In this document: one piece after another, positions 1 to 8,579 of the stretch
How the letters are laid out: each line of letters begins with the position of its first letter
How positions within the stretch are numbered: the first letter of the stretch is position 1
NCBI GenBank assembly: GCA_012965045.1
Contig: DTSZ01000001.1
Coordinates: 748,024-812,023 of the forward strand
DNA length: 64,000 bases
Reading direction: 5' to 3'
Source of the DNA: Candidatus Saccharimonadota bacterium
Lineage (GTDB): Bacteria > Patescibacteriota > Saccharimonadia > Saccharimonadales > DTSZ01
Notes under the pieces: model-generated
What the model was told of the DNA's origin: nothing
What the model saw: only the letters and a program-made list of their open reading frames with translations
Databases searched by the model: none
Program-made: the position numbers and the translations under genes

Positions 1-1741
1 CCATTGGCGCACCAGCAGGAACGTCAGCTTCAAAGGTCGGTTGAGCTTGGTCTCCAGATTCGTCTCCAATAACCGCTAAGGATGCCGCTACAGCAAAAGC
101 ACACAAGGCGCTTACTAAGCGAACGTTACGAGTTGCGTCATGGGCTCGCTCAAAGCCAGCTTGGTCAAACGGTTTAAGAGCGTCTGGGTAGGCAACTTGC
201 ATTTTTTCTACTGCTGTTGCTTCGTCAGGGTTGCCTTCTAGTGGCTTTGGAGCGCGCGTTTGTGACACCTGGTCAGCTAAATGCTCTTTGCGCTTGGTGT
301 CTTCAATTTTATTTTTGTGTCGCTCACTAACACCGGCCTGCCCGACCTTTATTAGACCGTACGAACCAGCAATAATAGCTAGAGTGTTTTCAAAGCCTCG
401 GCTCAAATCCATTTCTGAAACCCTAAAGTATAGTTCAGTAGCAAGAGTAGCAACAGCAGCACCTACATGTGCAACTTTGTGATCTTTGCTCCACTTATAT
501 GATTCACCTTCTTTTTCAACACCTTCGTTTGGGAATAAAGGTGGAACCCCAACCTCATTCGGGTCTTTTCCAGCTTTAGTTTTTGCCTTTCGGCGCTTGT
601 CATCTGCCTTCGATTCTGACTTAGGGTGCAAATCTCGGTAAGTGCTTGTAAACTTAAAGCCTTCTTCAAGGGCGTGGGCGGCTTGCTTGTCAAAAGCCTC
701 GCGCATTTTCATCGCGGCCTGCTCTTCATAGCTGGCTTCTTTTATGGCAACTTCTTCTTCGGTGCCGTCTAGGTGCTCATTTGAGGTGTTAAATTCTTCT
801 CGTGCTTTATGCCCTTTTGCTAATAAAACCTCGCTGCCAATTGTGGCGGCGTGTTTGGTGCATGTTTGCCAGTATGATTCGGCTTCTTCGTCCGTGAGTC
901 TACCTGCGCTGCTTTGTACTGGATTCTCCACGTGCAGCAACTGTGCTTCACCGGCTCTTTGAGCAAGCGAATCTATTAGATCATATGAAAGTGCAAGAAT
1001 TTTCTCACGTACTGTACCGGTGCTACCAACAAGATCGGCATATCGATTAAGTCGAATAGCGACATTTCTTGTAGTGCCGCCATCGTCGAATTCTATTGTG
1101 TTTAATTTTTTTATTGCACCTATTGGTAGTGAGTTGGGGTCAGCAACCAGCTCGTTTGCAACCTCTTGTAAAGCTTTAATTTCTTTGTCTAGTTGATCTT
1201 CAAAATTAGCAGCCGTAAAGTCATCTTTTTTTCGATCATAACTTGTAGATTGCCAAAAACCATCTTCAAACGGATTATTGCGCTCCCACTCTTTGCGGCC
1301 TTTTACTTTTTTCTTTTCCGCTTCTTCAGCTTGTACTTCTGCCGCGCTCTTACCCGCCCCAGTGCCGCTACCGGTTGATTTTGCCCGTGCTGCATCTGCT
1401 GCCGCCCGTGCTTGGTCTGCCTTTGCCCGTGCGTCGGCGTCGGCTTCGGCTTTTCTAGCATCAGCTTCGGCTCGTGCTTTTTCAGCATCAGCATTAGCTC
1501 TTACAACATCAGCAGTGGTTGCTTGAGCTCCTCCAACTAGATCTTTAAGCATGTCAAATGCACTCTGTGTTGCTTCTGCTTGGCCCTCTGCCCGAGCTGC
1601 TCTTTCTATTGCTTCAACCTCTGCTGGCGTAAATGTATGACCTTGTTCAACTACTCCGTCTTGTGCAGCTACAACATGATTGTCGCTATTAGATTCGCCA
1701 TTAGACTCTGGGATTTGAGGGATACTTTCGCCATCCGCCAT
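1..1741 (-). CDS. hypothetical protein, C-terminus beyond window edge (>=580 aa), Ala/Glu/Lys/Asp-rich coiled-coil-like N-terminal third
   Basis: Absent from the ORF track because it has no stop inside the window. I read this frame codon by codon from ATG (complement of 1739-1741) to nt 2 and found no stop. GAGGTG SD (complement of 1749-1754) lies 7 nt upstream. Starts MADGESIPQIPESNGE; contains ADAEKARAEADARKAEADADARAKADQARAAADAARAK. Confidence 0.6.
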   Translation of the reverse strand, partial: MADGESIPQIPESNGESNSDNHVVAAQDGVVEQGHTFTPAEVEAIERAARAEGQAEATQSAFDMLKDLVGGAQATTADVVRANADAEKARAEADARKAEADADARAKADQARAAADAARAKSTGSGTGAGKSAAEVQAEEAEKKKVKGRKEWERNNPFEDGFWQSTSYDRKKDDFTAANFEDQLDKEIKALQEVANELVADPNSLPIGAIKKLNTIEFDDGGTTRNVAIRLNRYADLVGSTGTVREKILALSYDLIDSLAQRAGEAQLLHVENPVQSSAGRLTDEEAESYWQTCTKHAATIGSEVLLAKGHKAREEFNTSNEHLDGTEEEVAIKEASYEEQAAMKMREAFDKQAAHALEEGFKFTSTYRDLHPKSESKADDKRRKAKTKAGKDPNEVGVPPLFPNEGVEKEGESYKWSKDHKVAHVGAAVATLATELYFRVSEMDLSRGFENTLAIIAGSYGLIKVGQAGVSERHKNKIEDTKRKEHLADQVSQTRAPKPLEGNPDEATAVEKMQVAYPDALKPFDQAGFERAHDATRNVRLVSALCAFAVAASLAVIGDESGDQAQPTFEADVPAGAPM

Positions 1742-1860
1742 GTTTATTCACCTCGTAACACTTAATTTTCGTAATTATAGTACAATAATTTTTATTTATT
1801 TGCAAGGATATGTTGAGTTGTTTTTGTTGCTGGCGTAGTGTACTCTGACCTCAAGGAACA

Positions 1861-2745
1861 ATGCAAGTGAAAAAACAAATATTTACATTACTCGTTGGAC
1901 TCGCACTACCAATCGTGTTCTTTTGGCCTGTTTCAGCACAAAGCTCGGTAACAATTTATGACTATGAAGAGCCGGACCCCGTATACACCGCCACTAATAT
2001 ACGGAAAAGACTCTGTGGCAGTAGCGGCTGTGGTGGTGAAGAGCGCTATTTATTCATCGAAAGGGATGGCGCGGAATATATTTTTCGGTCGTCTTCTAAC
2101 CAAGAAATTATTGTAGAAAACATATGTTCACAGGTTGGACTAGTTGTCAGTACAAATACCTATCAGAGTATCGAGGATAGTAACGTTTTTAGAGAAAGAT
2201 TTAATATCAATCAAACTTCTAATCCCATATGCCCAAGCCCTGGAGACTCAGGCCAAAGCACGCCAACTATTCCGGACGACGAACCTGCTCCAAGTCCAGC
2301 AGAAGAGCCGAGTACTGAGGAAACAGCCACTACTGACCCAGAGCCAGCCACACGCCAAGGTCCTGATGCTGTACAGGACTCAACCAGTATCGATGCAACG
2401 CCGTGTGAAGATAACGAGGTTTTTATAAGTATAGGTGTTGGCGATGATCCGGCTATTCGCGAAGTTGAAGGCGGTTATTGTATTCTTTCTGACGCAGATT
2501 CTGGCCTGGCTGGAAACCCAATAATTGTTTATTTAAAAGGGATCATTAGGTTTTTAGCGGTTGGTGTTGGTCTAGTGGTAACCACCGCTATTGTAGTGGC
2601 CGGGATCCAGTATTCTTCGTCGAGGGATAATCCGCAACTTATCCAGGCTGCTATGCAGCGGTTGACTAATGCTATTATAGCTTTGATAACATTTATTTTT
2701 ATGGCGACAATACTTAATTTCTTAATACCAGGAGGACTGTTGTAG
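1861..2745 (+). CDS. secreted Cys/Pro/Thr-rich protein with C-terminal TrbC/VirB2-like two-TM pilin module (array member 1)
   Basis: 294-aa ORF; signal-like N-terminus LLVGLALPIVFFWPVSA. C-terminal FLAVGVGLVVTTAIVVAGIQYSSSRDNPQLIQAAMQRLTNAIIALITFIFM has the same TM-loop-TM layout as the six downstream genes. Confidence 0.6.
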   Translation: MQVKKQIFTLLVGLALPIVFFWPVSAQSSVTIYDYEEPDPVYTATNIRKRLCGSSGCGGEERYLFIERDGAEYIFRSSSNQEIIVENICSQVGLVVSTNTYQSIEDSNVFRERFNINQTSNPICPSPGDSGQSTPTIPDDEPAPSPAEEPSTEETATTDPEPATRQGPDAVQDSTSIDATPCEDNEVFISIGVGDDPAIREVEGGYCILSDADSGLAGNPIIVYLKGIIRFLAVGVGLVVTTAIVVAGIQYSSSRDNPQLIQAAMQRLTNAIIALITFIFMATILNFLIPGGLL

Positions 2746-3392
2746 TGAAGAAGCTTTTCATTCCATTATTAGTAGCTTTGTTGGTTACTGTCTTTCCGTC
2801 CCCTATTAAAGTTAGTGCAGACCACGGTGCAGGGTCGTTGTGTACTGACGGAACGATTATTTTGGACGACAACACTACTTGTTCTGATCAAGGCAAAACT
2901 GCTACATCTGCTGCCGTACAAGCTGCATGTCACGATGCTGGCAGCTCGACCGCTGATGCTGGAGAAAGAGCTGGAGCTCGTTTTGCATGTATCCAAAATC
3001 AAACCACAGATGCTGATCAGCCTGAGAATCCAGTCGTTCCTGGAAGTTCGAGCGGCAATGCTTGTACGCTTGGCCAAAACAACTTTTTTGGTGTTCCGCC
3101 TTGGCACCGGTACCTCGACGGTCAGCTCGACGCTGATGGAAGTTGTTCGGTGAAGATAAATCAACTGACAGACATATGGAAAATAGTACTGGCCGTATTG
3201 CAAATCCTATTAAGAGTAGCCGCCTATGTAGCCACTGGATTTATGATTTATGCCGGCTTTAGATACATGACTTCTAATGGAAACCCAGAAAAAACTAAAC
3301 AAGCACTGGGTTCTATTCGTCTCGCCGCTATTGGGTTAATTATAACTATTGCTTCAAGTTTAATTGTGAGCTTTATTGCGGGGAGGTTCTAG
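2745..3392 (+). CDS. TrbC/VirB2-like pilin-module protein (array member 2)
   Basis: 215-aa ORF; GTG start 9 nt after AGGAGG, abutting the previous stop. Signal peptide LLVALLVTVFPSPIKVSA; Cys-rich ectodomain; C-terminal AAYVATGFMIYAGFRYMTSNGNPEKTKQALGSIRLAAIGLIITIASSLIV. Confidence 0.65.
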   Translation: MKKLFIPLLVALLVTVFPSPIKVSADHGAGSLCTDGTIILDDNTTCSDQGKTATSAAVQAACHDAGSSTADAGERAGARFACIQNQTTDADQPENPVVPGSSSGNACTLGQNNFFGVPPWHRYLDGQLDADGSCSVKINQLTDIWKIVLAVLQILLRVAAYVATGFMIYAGFRYMTSNGNPEKTKQALGSIRLAAIGLIITIASSLIVSFIAGRF

Positions 3393-3692
3393 ATGTTTAA
3401 TATATTTGCACAAGGAATTTTGGGCAGTTGCGAGGATTTGAACCTACCTAATTGTGATGCAGCACGAAATGGTGGCGGCAACGGCGTTGAACAGCTGCTA
3501 AGCATTGTGTTTTTAGTCGCGGGTGGTGTTGCGACACTATACATAATTATCGGGGCTATTAAGTTTGCTTCTTCTAACGGCGACCCTAATAATCTTAAAG
3601 CTGCACGCGATACCATTTTGTATGCGGTTATCGGCTTAATTGTGTCGCTGTCTGCGTTTGGCATAGTTCGCTTTGTAGTTGGGAGCACCTAG
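3393..3692 (+). CDS. TrbC/VirB2-like pilin (array member 3, shortest)
   Basis: 99-aa ORF with GGAGG SD. Cys pair SCEDLNLPNC, then LLSIVFLVAGGVATLYIIIGAIKFASSNGDPNNLKAARDTILYAVIGLIVSLSAFGIV. Confidence 0.65.
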   Translation: MFNIFAQGILGSCEDLNLPNCDAARNGGGNGVEQLLSIVFLVAGGVATLYIIIGAIKFASSNGDPNNLKAARDTILYAVIGLIVSLSAFGIVRFVVGST

Positions 3693-3701
3693 GGACCTAT
3701 C

Positions 3702-4178
3702 GTGAAAGTTTTACGTATTTTTTTAGCAGTAGTATTTATTTCGGCAGCAATGCCGTTAGCTGTTGTTGCAGTAGGGCCAGAACCAGATCCTGCTAATGAT
3801 GATCAACTTATATTGGTTGAACCTTCTGGCGGTGCAATTGACAGCACCATACCGACTACTGGACCAGATGCCGAGAATATTTTGTGCCGCGAAGGCGTGC
3901 CTGTGGTTGGCGGTGAGACCTGCGAAGGAGTAGATAATACCAGTTCGACTAGCGGGCTACTCACCTTATTCGATAATTTAATGGGCGGCCTGACGCGTCT
4001 AGCGGCTGCAATTGCAGTCATAATCATAATTGTATCTGGCATTCGTTACGCGACGTCTGGTGGAGATCCACAAGGGGTTGCAAGCGCTCGGTCTGCCATA
4101 ATATATGCATTAGTGGCATTAATAGTGGCGGTATCGACCGAAATTATTATAGACTTTGTATTAAGAAGGATAAGTTAA
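3702..4178 (+). CDS. TrbC/VirB2-like pilin (array member 4)
   Basis: 158-aa ORF; signal peptide FLAVVFISAAMPLAVVA; Cys pair CREGVPVVGGETC; C-terminal AAAIAVIIIIVSGIRYATSGGDPQGVASARSAIIYALVALIVAV. Confidence 0.65.
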   Translation: MKVLRIFLAVVFISAAMPLAVVAVGPEPDPANDDQLILVEPSGGAIDSTIPTTGPDAENILCREGVPVVGGETCEGVDNTSSTSGLLTLFDNLMGGLTRLAAAIAVIIIIVSGIRYATSGGDPQGVASARSAIIYALVALIVAVSTEIIIDFVLRRIS

Positions 4179-4595
4179 ATGAATAGTTTAGTTCTAAAAT
4201 TTTCATCAATCATGTTTATTGCCCTAGCAATTGGTTTCGTGTTTTTTGCGGGTTCTGTCCACGCGCAAACTGCTCGTGATGAGGTTTGCAAGGTTTCGCT
4301 CAGTGACCCAGGCGCAAGCTTTGATGTAGCAGCTGGTAAGTGTGTAGATAGCAACGGAAACTCACCAGAAGGGTTATTTGAAGGCCCGTTTAAGGCAATT
4401 ACCAATACACTCATTTTTATAACAGGGGCAATCTCAATACTGATGCTTGTCATTGGCGGCTTACGCTATACGGTGTCTGGCGGTGACGCTAATGCTGTTA
4501 GCGGGGCGAAAAATACCATAATTTACGCCATTGTTGGTTTGATCATATCTATCTTTGCGTTCTCAATTGTTAACTTTATCTTAGGAAGGATATAA
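4179..4595 (+). CDS. TrbC/VirB2-like pilin (array member 5)
   Basis: 138-aa ORF with AAGGA SD; signal peptide ending SVHA; Cys pair CKVSLSDPGASFDVAAGKC; C-terminal ITNTLIFITGAISILMLVIGGLRYTVSGGDANAVSGAKNTIIYAIVGLIISIFAF. Confidence 0.7.
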   Translation: MNSLVLKFSSIMFIALAIGFVFFAGSVHAQTARDEVCKVSLSDPGASFDVAAGKCVDSNGNSPEGLFEGPFKAITNTLIFITGAISILMLVIGGLRYTVSGGDANAVSGAKNTIIYAIVGLIISIFAFSIVNFILGRI

Positions 4596-4597
4596 AC

Positions 4598-5035
4598 ATG
4601 ACAAAAACAAAACAACTATTAACTGGGGTGCTAGTAGCCCTGGCATTGCTTTTTGTTGCTGCGGGGCTTTTGAGCGCTCCGGTAAGTGCACAAGATCCAA
4701 AAGCAGAGATCTGTGATTTAAATGATGAAAAAGATGACCAAGGTAACACGATTGTTAATTACACATATGATCCAGCTACCGGTGAATGTACAGCTCCTGC
4801 AGGACAAGGAAATGATATCGGTGACATCTTTAAAACTATTACAAACACCTTGTTGTTTTTAGTAGGTGCATTAGCGGTAATAATGTTAATTATTGGCGGC
4901 TTTAGGTATGTAGTTTCTGGCGGTGACGCCAATGCAGTGACTGGCGCGAAAAACACCATTCTCTACGCTATCGTTGGCATTGTTGTTGCCTTCTTGGCAT
5001 TCGCTGCGGTAAACTTCGTAACAAACAGGCTATAA
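4598..5035 (+). CDS. TrbC/VirB2-like pilin (array member 6)
   Basis: 145-aa ORF with AAGGA SD; signal peptide ending PVSA; Cys pair CDLNDEKDDQGNTIVNYTYDPATGEC; C-terminal ITNTLLFLVGALAVIMLIIGGFRYVVSGGDANAVTGAKNTILYAIVGIVVAFLAFAAVNFVTN. Confidence 0.7.
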   Translation: MTKTKQLLTGVLVALALLFVAAGLLSAPVSAQDPKAEICDLNDEKDDQGNTIVNYTYDPATGECTAPAGQGNDIGDIFKTITNTLLFLVGALAVIMLIIGGFRYVVSGGDANAVTGAKNTILYAIVGIVVAFLAFAAVNFVTNRL

Positions 5036-5049
5036 ACAGATTAGTAGCC

Positions 5050-5078
5050 TTGATATATTTCAAATAAATGGTTAAACT
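5050..5078 (+). promoter_or_regulatory. sigma70-type promoter internal to the pilin array, serving member 7
   Basis: TTGATA (5050-5055), 17-nt spacer, TAAACT (5073-5078); lies in the only sizeable intergenic gap of the array. Confidence 0.5.
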
Positions 5079-5112
5079 AAAATCAAAATAATCACGTTAA
5101 GGAGAATAAACA

Positions 5113-5535
5113 GTGATCAGTTCAGTAAAAAATCTAGGCTATAAAGCAGCAGGAGCATTTACAGCGACTATTGGTGGCGTACTTGCAAATGGTTCTAAGG
5201 TGTTCGCTCAACAGGCTACCCCAGACCCATGTGACATTACTTCAGGCGGAATTCAAGGTGGCGCGGACTGTGCTGCTCCAGAAGGCGCTCGTGGTGACCT
5301 ATTTGGTGACGGCGGTATCTTTAGCACTGTTTCAAACACACTTCTATTCTTAGTTGGTGCTATATCAGTCATTATGTTAATCATCGGCGGTATTCGCTAT
5401 GTTGTTTCAGCAGGTGACCAAAACGCTGTAACTGGCGCAAAGAACACTATTCTTTACGCTATCGTCGGTATTATTGTCGCTTTCCTAGCTTTCGCAGCAG
5501 TTAACTTTGTTACAAACCAGCTCGAAACTAACTAG
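5113..5535 (+). CDS. TrbC/VirB2-like pilin (array member 7; own promoter and terminator, candidate major pilin)
   Basis: 140-aa ORF; GTG start after AAGGAG; Cys pair CDITSGGIQGGADC; C-terminal VSNTLLFLVGAISVIMLIIGGIRYVVSAGDQNAVTGAKNTILYAIVGIIVAFLAFAAVNFVTN, near-identical in protein to member 6 but with many synonymous DNA differences. Confidence 0.7.
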   Translation: MISSVKNLGYKAAGAFTATIGGVLANGSKVFAQQATPDPCDITSGGIQGGADCAAPEGARGDLFGDGGIFSTVSNTLLFLVGAISVIMLIIGGIRYVVSAGDQNAVTGAKNTILYAIVGIIVAFLAFAAVNFVTNQLETN

Positions 5536-5554
5536 TCTACAGTTTAGATAGTTG

Positions 5555-5586
5555 AAAAAACTCCACTTTAATCGGTGGAGTTTTTA
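5555..5586 (+). terminator. intrinsic terminator after pilin array
   Basis: aaaaaaCTCCACtttaatcgGTGGAGttttt: GC stem with A-tract/U-tract flanks, 20 nt after the stop at 5535. Confidence 0.6.
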
Positions 5587-5596
5587 GTATCAAACG

Positions 5597-5626
5597 AAAA
5601 ACCCACTCAGGTTGGAGTGGGTTTTT
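5597..5626. terminator. bidirectional intrinsic terminator (serves hsp20 on the minus strand)
   Basis: aaaaACCCACTCaggttgGAGTGGGTtttt: 8-bp stem with A and T tracts on both sides, 24 nt beyond the hsp20 stop. Confidence 0.65.
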
Positions 5627-5649
5627 GAATTAGCGTATAGCTTGAGGGA

Positions 5650-6108
5650 TTAGCTAATTTCGATTTTTCGTACAGTTTCTTGTTTTACTTTTTCGAAGCT
5701 TACAGTCAGAACACCGTCTTTAAGTTCTGCCTTAATACCTTCTTCTTTTACGCTCACTGGTAGAGTGATTGAGCGCGTGAATGCTCCCCAGTAACATTCC
5801 TGAACGTGGTAGTTTGGTTCGTCTTCTTTTACACCTGAGTGGCGTGTTCCTTGAATGCTCAGCGTGTTGTCAGTGATAGATACATCAAGGTCGCTGCGGT
5901 CGATACCTGCGATTGGGGCTTTTATCACTAATCGTTCTGGTGTTTCGTAAATATCAACAGCTAATTGACCTGGAACGGCATCTTCTTCGAGCCAGTCCTC
6001 TTGTTGTCCTGCTGGTTGCTGGTTGTCATCTTGATCGTCATCACCAAGAAAAGCTGCAGTTAGCTCGTCTTCAATAAGTAAATCGTCGTCTTGGCCTCTT
6101 CTAGCCAT
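5650..6108 (-). CDS. hsp20: Hsp20/alpha-crystallin family small heat-shock protein
   Basis: 152 aa. Alpha-crystallin core AVDIYETPERLVIKAPIAGIDRSDLDVSITDNTLSIQGTR...GAFTRSITLPVSVKEEGIKAELKDGVLTVSFEKV; acidic N-terminal extension; GGAGGG SD. Confidence 0.9.
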   Translation of the reverse strand: MARRGQDDDLLIEDELTAAFLGDDDQDDNQQPAGQQEDWLEEDAVPGQLAVDIYETPERLVIKAPIAGIDRSDLDVSITDNTLSIQGTRHSGVKEDEPNYHVQECYWGAFTRSITLPVSVKEEGIKAELKDGVLTVSFEKVKQETVRKIEIS

Positions 6109-6169
6109 AAATTCTCCCTCCGAATTTGTTTGTAAAGTAGTTTGGTATTTTTAAGACGGCTTTTTATGT

Positions 6170-6178
6170 TGCTATGAT
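6170..6178 (+). promoter_or_regulatory. extended -10 promoter (TGcTATGAT) for comF, back-to-back with a TATAAT on the minus strand for hsp20
   Basis: ttgcTATGATtataacc: TG at 6170-6171, -10 at 6173-6178; the complement of 6177-6182 reads TATAAT. Confidence 0.45.
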
Positions 6179-6209
6179 TATAACCAAAGTAACACTAGAG
6201 GAGCAAGCT

Positions 6210-6884
6210 ATGCATGTTGTCGAATTAGCTATTTCATTGATTGCGCCGCACACCTGCGTTAACTGTGGCTCATCTGAAGCGGTTCTGTGCGACGAGTGCT
6301 TGGTGGGTTTGAAAGATCCAGAAATTTCACGTTGCGTATATTGCAACACTCTAACCCAAGATAATAAAACCTGTGGTTCGTGCCGGCGCACCCACCCTTT
6401 GCAGCATATCTGGTCAACATCTAACTACTTAAAAGCCGAAACAGCAATTCAAGCCTACAAATTTGGACGAGTTCGTGAGTTGTATAAACCGATAGCGAGT
6501 GAAATGGCTATAATAATTCCCTATTCTGACTACGACTACATTGTAGCCGTGCCGACTGCCCCACGCCGAATTAGGGTTCGGGGCTATGATCAAGCAGAGC
6601 TATTAGCTAAACAAATTGCGGAGCTAACTAACACAAAAGCGCTCCAGCCCTTGTTTCATAGCGGTTCAAAGCGACAGCTCGGTTCTCGTCGTGACGCTCG
6701 CTTTATGCAAGCTCATCAAAGCTATCAGCTTAAGCGGGGTGTAGATCTTACAAACAGGCGGATTTTGCTGGTTGATGATGTTGTTACCACAGGAGCAACG
6801 CTGTCGGCATGCGCCCAGCGCTTAAAGTCCGCGGGTGCCCGGTCAGTAGATGGCCTTGTTTTTGCTCGACGCTCTAGGAAGTAA
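6210..6884 (+). CDS. comF: ComF family protein (phosphoribosyltransferase-type, competence-associated)
   Basis: N-terminal Cys pairs CVNCGS..CDEC and CVYCN..CGSC; C-terminal PRTase motif ILLVDDVVTTGATLSACAQRLKSAGA. I prefer ATG 6210 (AGAGGAG SD upstream) over the track start 6174. Confidence 0.85.
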   Translation: MHVVELAISLIAPHTCVNCGSSEAVLCDECLVGLKDPEISRCVYCNTLTQDNKTCGSCRRTHPLQHIWSTSNYLKAETAIQAYKFGRVRELYKPIASEMAIIIPYSDYDYIVAVPTAPRRIRVRGYDQAELLAKQIAELTNTKALQPLFHSGSKRQLGSRRDARFMQAHQSYQLKRGVDLTNRRILLVDDVVTTGATLSACAQRLKSAGARSVDGLVFARRSRK

Positions 6885-6992
6885 TTAAATAAAAAACAGA
6901 AACAAATTCTGCGGCGGATGATTGATAAATGCAAAGGGGTTGATATAATCTGTTGAGCTGGACTTATCAAAGTGTTTAAATACACATTACGC

Positions 6993-7082
6993 GGAAGGGT
7001 GACCGAGTGGTTGATGGTACCGGTCTTGAAAACCGGCGTGCCCTCACGGGTACCGAGGGTTCGAATCCCTCCCCTTCCGCCA
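6993..7082 (+). tRNA. tRNA-Ser (anticodon TGA)
   Basis: GGAAGGG acceptor pairs with CCCTTCC; anticodon loop cTTGAaa; long variable arm; GGTTCGAATCC T-arm; encoded CCA. Close to the E. coli tRNA-Ser(UGA) layout. Confidence 0.95.
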
Positions 7083-7228
7083 CACTACTATTTAAGAAAC
7101 GAAGTTTCTTTACAATTACTCAAACCAAGGAGCTAAGTCGACTGTTTGAGTAATTGAGAGGAAACAACACGATAAACAAAAGTAACCAAACAAGTTTGGT
7201 TACGACAGTTGGCAGTGATTGTTGACGA

Positions 7229-7321
7229 GGAGAGATACCCAAGAGGCTGAAGGGGACGGTTTGCTAAATCGTTAGGGGGAAGAAATTCCCCGCGGGAGTT
7301 CGAATCTCCCTCTCTCCGCCA
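7229..7321 (+). tRNA. tRNA-Ser (anticodon GCT)
   Basis: GGAGAGA acceptor pairs with TCTCTCC; anticodon loop ttGCTaa; long variable arm gggggaagaaattccccg; GAGTTCGAATCTC T-arm; encoded CCA. Confidence 0.95.
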
Positions 7322-7522
7322 GGCGAGTTTTGCTGACCATTTGGTCGGCAAAAGTCTTCTAGCAGAAGAAAGTGAGATTTGAACGGAGTTCGGCGAAATG
7401 ACCAAGCGCACAGAAACTACCTCTTAGTTTCGAGCACTTGGGAATGGAGGAGCGATTGAGCAAAGCGAAAGAAAGCGATATCTCCCCTTTCGATCATATT
7501 TTGCAAAACTTCGAATACGTTT

Positions 7523-7531
7523 TGCTACACT
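7523..7531 (+). promoter_or_regulatory. extended -10 promoter TGcTACACT giving a leaderless mRNA (ATG 7538)
   Basis: -10 TACACT at 7526-7531, exactly 6 nt before the ATG; no SD. The same 11-mer TTTGCTACACT recurs at 9121-9131. Confidence 0.5.
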
Positions 7532-7537
7532 TTAATC

Positions 7538-7801
7538 ATGAAAAAACCTAAAAAACCGGCGTACGACTTTTTATCAAAAGAAGATAAAAAAATACTGATT
7601 GATAAAATCGTGGAGTTTTTTAAAAAGGAATACGACCTTGAGCTGGGTGTTATTGCCGCTGATGAAATTCTTGAAATTACTCACAAAGACATAGCATTAA
7701 ATGCTTACAACCAATCATTAAAGATCACTCAACGGCAGATTGAGCAAAAACTTGAAGATCTTCAGATTGAGTTCGACCTACTACAAAAACGCGCTAGTTA
7801 A
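7538..7801 (+). CDS. DUF2164-like small protein
   Basis: 87 aa. The pattern KIVEFFKKEYDLELGVIAADEILEITHKDIALNAYNQSLKITQRQIEQKLEDLQIEFDLL resembles DUF2164 family members as I recall them. Confidence 0.55.
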   Translation: MKKPKKPAYDFLSKEDKKILIDKIVEFFKKEYDLELGVIAADEILEITHKDIALNAYNQSLKITQRQIEQKLEDLQIEFDLLQKRAS

Positions 7802-7980
7802 TTTTTATTAACAAGGCTAACAACGGCGCTGGTTGCGATGGCTATACCACCAACAGCGGCCAGTTTGAGGAGGTTTTCCCCAAGCTCGTCGAAACTAAAT
7901 ACATCAAAGACAGCCAGGCTGGCTAAGATAGCGGTTGTTAATAAAATTATTGTGATTACGATTTTTATTGCTATATTCAT
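7798..7980 (-). CDS. small two-TM membrane protein
   Basis: 60-aa ORF with two hydrophobic helices (IVITIILLTTAILASLAVF, AAVGGIAIATSAVVSLV); convergent with and overlapping the previous stop by 4 nt. Confidence 0.45.
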   Translation of the reverse strand: MNIAIKIVITIILLTTAILASLAVFDVFSFDELGENLLKLAAVGGIAIATSAVVSLVNKN

Positions 7981-8030
7981 ACGCTAAAGTATACACCTAA
8001 TAAGTGAGCTTGCTATACTGGGTGGTAGCT

Positions 8031-8576
8031 ATGGCGAACAAACATCCAGTAATCAACCCAGTAACAGAGATAAACGACAACCGACCAGAGTATAGTTCTC
8101 AGCGACATGACCACGATGACATGTTGCTAAATTGGGAGGCGTCTGAGTATGTTATGCATCATAAAACTCCCCTGTGGTATGCAAGTTTAGCTGGCGCAGC
8201 CATTGCTTTAAGCGGCTTGCTGTATTGGATAACAGGCGATATTTTAACGGTGCTAGTTATCTTGCTAATGACAGCTGCGCTTGCGGTGTACGCCACTCGG
8301 CAGCCGCAAACACTCCGTTACTCGATGTCCGACAGCACTATCGTTGTTGGTCATAAAGAATTCCATTTTACAGACTTCAAGTCATTTTCGATTATTCACG
8401 ACGGGTCGTTTTACAGCATAAATATGGTACCAACCAAACGATTCGCTCCCCCACTCAGCATTTATTTCGACGAAAAAGACGCTGACAAAATTATGGAAAT
8501 TATGACTCGCCATCTACCTCATGTAGAAAAAGAGCCCGATCCAATCGACAAATTATCAAAATACCTTCGGTTTTAA
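8031..8576 (+). CDS. membrane protein (two TM helices plus soluble C-terminal domain), function unknown
   Basis: The track start GTG 8004 lies upstream of the TGcTATACT promoter at 8011-8019, so ATG 8031 (MANKHPV) is preferred. TM pair LWYASLAGAAIALSGLLYWI / LTVLVILLMTAALAVYA. Confidence 0.6.
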   Translation: MANKHPVINPVTEINDNRPEYSSQRHDHDDMLLNWEASEYVMHHKTPLWYASLAGAAIALSGLLYWITGDILTVLVILLMTAALAVYATRQPQTLRYSMSDSTIVVGHKEFHFTDFKSFSIIHDGSFYSINMVPTKRFAPPLSIYFDEKDADKIMEIMTRHLPHVEKEPDPIDKLSKYLRF

Positions 8577-8579
8577 TTG

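Noticed and set aside
2769-3203. Antisense or alternative-frame ORFs within the pilin array (2769..3203 -, 2815..3153 +, 3389..3688 -, 3803..4042 -, 4175..4453 -, 4759..4959 -)
   Set aside because: They overlap ORFs that carry signal peptides, SDs and the conserved pilin module, and they have no motifs of their own.
7133-7411. 92-aa minus-strand ORF
   Set aside because: It lies antisense across tRNA-Ser(GCT) and the structured spacer and has no start context.
7322-7537. Possible small RNA (SRP/6S-like) in the 215-nt gap after tRNA-Ser(GCT)
   Set aside because: I found only a terminator-like hairpin (TTTTGCTGACCatttGGTCGGCAAAA, about 7327-7353) and low-complexity GA-rich sequence. There is no SRP domain IV (GGAA tetraloop/AGCA) and no 6S-type long imperfect duplex.
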